From positions 1-27,057 of the IMG/VR virus record IMGVR_UViG_3300033076_001141: a DNA stretch of 27,057 nucleotides; one strand, 5' to 3'. The notes below the pieces were generated by a model. The model did no database searches. It was not told the DNA's origin and saw only the letters and a program-made list of their open reading frames with translations. This stretch comes from a virus (taxonomy: Duplodnaviria > Caudoviricetes). A program made the translations under genes and the position numbers. Positions within the stretch are counted from its first letter, which is position 1, and every line of letters starts with the position of its first letter. Positions 24,361 through 27,057 of the stretch are shown piece after piece.

Positions 24361-26611
24361 AGGTGAATGTCTCCTTAGTTGCTAAACATTTTGCTACTTC
24401 AACTTCGACCGGAATCTGCAACTTCCCCCCTGGGAGATTGAGTTCTGGATGCCATCTCTTGTAATCAACGCACTCGATTGCGACCCTCTCAAGCCAGTCA
24501 TCTCTGACTAGTAAGTAAAGGGCGTCATGCACCTGAGAGATCAGGTGAAATTCTAGGTTACCTTTCCGCCGCTCTTCGACAAGGTGAAACATCATCTGGT
24601 TGATCACCCAAGGGACAGTATGCTGCGGTGCCCAAGCTATTGCCTCTCTGAGCATGTCATCACCTGGACGTCCGTAGAAATAACGCTCCCAGCCTGTCGG
24701 TGCTCTAAGCCTTCTTTTCTGATACAATTCGCTCCTGATCTGACCGTGCCAGTGTCTAATCTCCGGAAACTCACCGAAGTAAGATTCGAGGATAATCTTC
24801 CCCTCTTTCTTCGTCAGGATCATGTCCATGTCTTTGAATACATTCTCGACGAAGGTTCCCTCCTTCATGAGATAGTTCGCTCCGTGACCCGTCTTCTTCC
24901 CGAGATTTCGCCACTGTTTCGTGTAATCTGACTCAAGCTTCCCGAGTGCCCTGAGAATTGCGAGAGCGACATGTTTATGAATGTCAGCACCTGAGTGGAG
25001 CATCTCCATGAGTTTCGGACAGACTGACGCATAGGCTACGAAGTAAGTCTCAGCCGCTTTAAGGTCAGCTTCGATGAAGGTCCAGCCTTCAGGCGCTACG
25101 AACATCTGCTTGATGCTGACTTCTCCACCTTCACGGGGAATCGTCTGAATGTTAAAGCCACGATCCCAAGGATCCTTCCCTCCGGAGAATCTTAAGGTTT
25201 CTGTTCCGGTGATGTTGAGGGAGTAGGGAAGTCTTCCATCAGGTCTTGGGCTGAAGTTGATGTAGCTTGAGAGGGCTTTGTCGAGCGTTTTGATCCTCTG
25301 TAGCTGAGGTAAGCCAGGAATGTTTGGATTTTTGAAGTGAATTTTCTTAAGAGATTTCGCATCAGTTGACTCCTTGTAAATGCCTTTTGTTTTATCGAAT
25401 ATCTTAGGTGGAGTTACTCCAGCCTGTTTTAACCAAGTTAGAACCTGCTTTGGTGATCTGGGATTGACCTCACTTCCGCAAGCCGCGTGGAATTGCTTCG
25501 TCAGATTGGCAATCTCCTCTTCGACTTCTTTCCTAAGTTTCTCTTGAATCTCAAGGGAGAGGGGCATTCCGCGTGATGTCATCTCAAGGACTGGTCCGGT
25601 CATCTTCATGACGTAATCGTAGAAGAAGGAATCGAGAGAGCGCCTCTTAAGGTCAGCCTCCTGTGCTTTCGCCGCTTCGAAGGTCCCTGACGTATCTCTG
25701 CAGTTATAGAGGTAATGTCTAGTCCAGTCCCTAATGTTCCCCCAGTCCTTCCTCTTTCCCTCCTCACCCTCAACCTTTCCATCATCCTTCCAGTAAGGAC
25801 GGAGAGTGTAGACGCGACCGACATTCCCGAGATTCATGTCCAGCTCAGGCCAGAGGACTCTCATCGCGTGCATAGTGTCATGCGCGATGTTCTCAACCCT
25901 TATTCCGTACGCAGAAAAATAGGAGACATCGTAGATAAAGTTTTGGAACACTTTCCGTCCAGGAGACTCAAGAACACGTCGTATGCGGTTCCACAGTTCG
26001 TAGTGAGTAACATCAGACCCTCTGTCCGGAAGGACATTAATTGCAATTGCATCTGACTCTGACCAGGCGAATCCGACTGTGTTGATCTGTCCGTAGCCGG
26101 TTTCAACGTCGACGGCGAGAGTGTCTGCTCGCTCAAGATGTTCGAGAACTGCATAAGTTTCCTCCAGTGAGGGGTTTAAAGAGAAGCGCTCCACCTGCGG
26201 TGAGATGGGTTTGGAAGACAGGGTTACTGCACGATGGAGCGCCATTTCGAAATAAAGACCAAGTTCGTATTGTTTCTGCATTCGACCGAAGTCGAACGTC
26301 GGGATGAAGAGGCGACCCTCAGAGAGGGGAAGGGGACTGAGCTGCCACTTATCAATCCCCTTCTTCCCCGCTTGATTGCGGAGAGTATCCTCACCTAAAC
26401 CCACAATGACTCGGACTGAAGGTTTAAGTGAAGACACCTCGGAAAGAGGGAGAATCTGCACGGAATCAGGACTTACGCCCGCCCTTATTAGTTTTCCGCG
26501 CAGAAACTCCCACTGCCAACCTGTTAAACAGGAAAAGTAATCAGTTGAAGCTGCGCGTGCCTTATCAATTATGATGGCTATCTGAGGTGAAAGATCTAAC
26601 TGAGAAGACAC
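24335..26611 (-). CDS. polA: Family A DNA polymerase with 3'-5' exonuclease and N-terminal degenerate UDG-like domain
   Basis: Exo motifs LAVDVETG, FQNFIYD, YNCRD; polymerase motifs GTETLRFS, NIQTIP, A (EADLKAAE), B (RNLGKKTGHGANY) and C (QVHDAL). Confidence 0.93.
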   Translation of the reverse strand: MSSQLDLSPQIAIIIDKARAASTDYFSCLTGWQWEFLRGKLIRAGVSPDSVQILPLSEVSSLKPSVRVIVGLGEDTLRNQAGKKGIDKWQLSPLPLSEGRLFIPTFDFGRMQKQYELGLYFEMALHRAVTLSSKPISPQVERFSLNPSLEETYAVLEHLERADTLAVDVETGYGQINTVGFAWSESDAIAINVLPDRGSDVTHYELWNRIRRVLESPGRKVFQNFIYDVSYFSAYGIRVENIAHDTMHAMRVLWPELDMNLGNVGRVYTLRPYWKDDGKVEGEEGKRKDWGNIRDWTRHYLYNCRDTSGTFEAAKAQEADLKRRSLDSFFYDYVMKMTGPVLEMTSRGMPLSLEIQEKLRKEVEEEIANLTKQFHAACGSEVNPRSPKQVLTWLKQAGVTPPKIFDKTKGIYKESTDAKSLKKIHFKNPNIPGLPQLQRIKTLDKALSSYINFSPRPDGRLPYSLNITGTETLRFSGGKDPWDRGFNIQTIPREGGEVSIKQMFVAPEGWTFIEADLKAAETYFVAYASVCPKLMEMLHSGADIHKHVALAILRALGKLESDYTKQWRNLGKKTGHGANYLMKEGTFVENVFKDMDMILTKKEGKIILESYFGEFPEIRHWHGQIRSELYQKRRLRAPTGWERYFYGRPGDDMLREAIAWAPQHTVPWVINQMMFHLVEERRKGNLEFHLISQVHDALYLLVRDDWLERVAIECVDYKRWHPELNLPGGKLQIPVEVEVAKCLATKETFTYERKEAGT

Positions 26612-26633
26612 GACGCAGCCTCATTGCTGAATT

Positions 26634-27017
26634 TTAAGTATTTAATCCCTTAACGCGCTTAACTTCAGTGTAGCCAGTCGGCTCACCAGTCTGGCGGTTA
26701 ATCCCATCGACGACTTCAACTGCGAGTTGCTTGCCGACGAGTTGCTCAGTGTCGAAGTTTCCAGTCAGGTTAGTTCCACATGCTGCACGGTAGAATTGCT
26801 GCAGTAGGAAGGCACCCTTTCCGGAGATTGCGGTCTTGTGGAAAATACGACGACCATTGTTCTTCGGCTCAGTCTCACCGAAGGTTTCCAGTTCCCAGTT
26901 AATGTACTTGGAACCGCCGCTCCATTCTTTGATCTCGCCCTTTTTGACCATGACTTTATAAGTCCCTGGGCTAATTGCGTCCTGAATTTCGCTGAAATCA
27001 GGTGTGATTAATGCCAT
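26634..27017 (-). CDS. DUF669-like OB-fold protein, putative ssDNA-binding protein
   Basis: AAGGAG RBS. ISPGTYKVMV...YINWELE...GRRIFH...FDTEQLVGK pattern; upstream of polA. Confidence 0.72.
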   Translation of the reverse strand: MALITPDFSEIQDAISPGTYKVMVKKGEIKEWSGGSKYINWELETFGETEPKNNGRRIFHKTAISGKGAFLLQQFYRAACGTNLTGNFDTEQLVGKQLAVEVVDGINRQTGEPTGYTEVKRVKGLNT

Positions 27018-27057
27018 TCTTCTTTCTCCTTGTTGTGGGTCAGTGACCCTGGTTAAA

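Noticed and set aside
24335-26611. Z-genome polymerase (DpoZ) or proof of a modified-base genome
   Set aside because: No purZ, datZ or other base-modification gene in the window; the motif changes alone are not enough.
4175-26611. Introns or inteins in terL, capsid or polA
   Set aside because: The ORFs are uninterrupted and of ordinary length, with no homing-endonuclease or intein terminal motifs seen.
1-27057. Stop-codon reassignment
   Set aside because: Genes are full length in the standard code, and TAA, TAG and TGA all end genes at sensible, tightly packed junctions.

Overview
This window is part of a tailed dsDNA bacteriophage genome (Caudoviricetes) with a podovirus-like, P22/T7-style virion gene order; the host cannot be determined from the sequence. 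The + strand (~137-23008) is one morphogenesis arm: probable terminase small subunit, a five-gene block of uncharacterised virion-like proteins inserted between terS and terL, terminase large subunit, portal, scaffold, HK97-fold major capsid protein, several small beta-rich accessory proteins, an enlarged head-tail adaptor, tail nozzle, tail fibre, GNAT, cupin and three DNA-ejection-type proteins. The - strand (22964-27017) is the converging end of the replication arm: a DUF669-like ssDNA-binding protein, a family A DNA polymerase, a 56-aa ORF missing from the ORF track and a DUF3987-like AAA+ ATPase. The polymerase has a degenerate uracil-DNA-glycosylase-like N-terminal domain and His at the E. 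coli F762 position. I saw no tRNA, CRISPR array, integrase, reverse transcriptase or lysis gene. The best candidates for undescribed biology are the terS-terL cassette, the UDG-like/His762 polymerase and the domains inserted into the adaptor. All family assignments come from motif recognition by eye and synteny; no searches were run.
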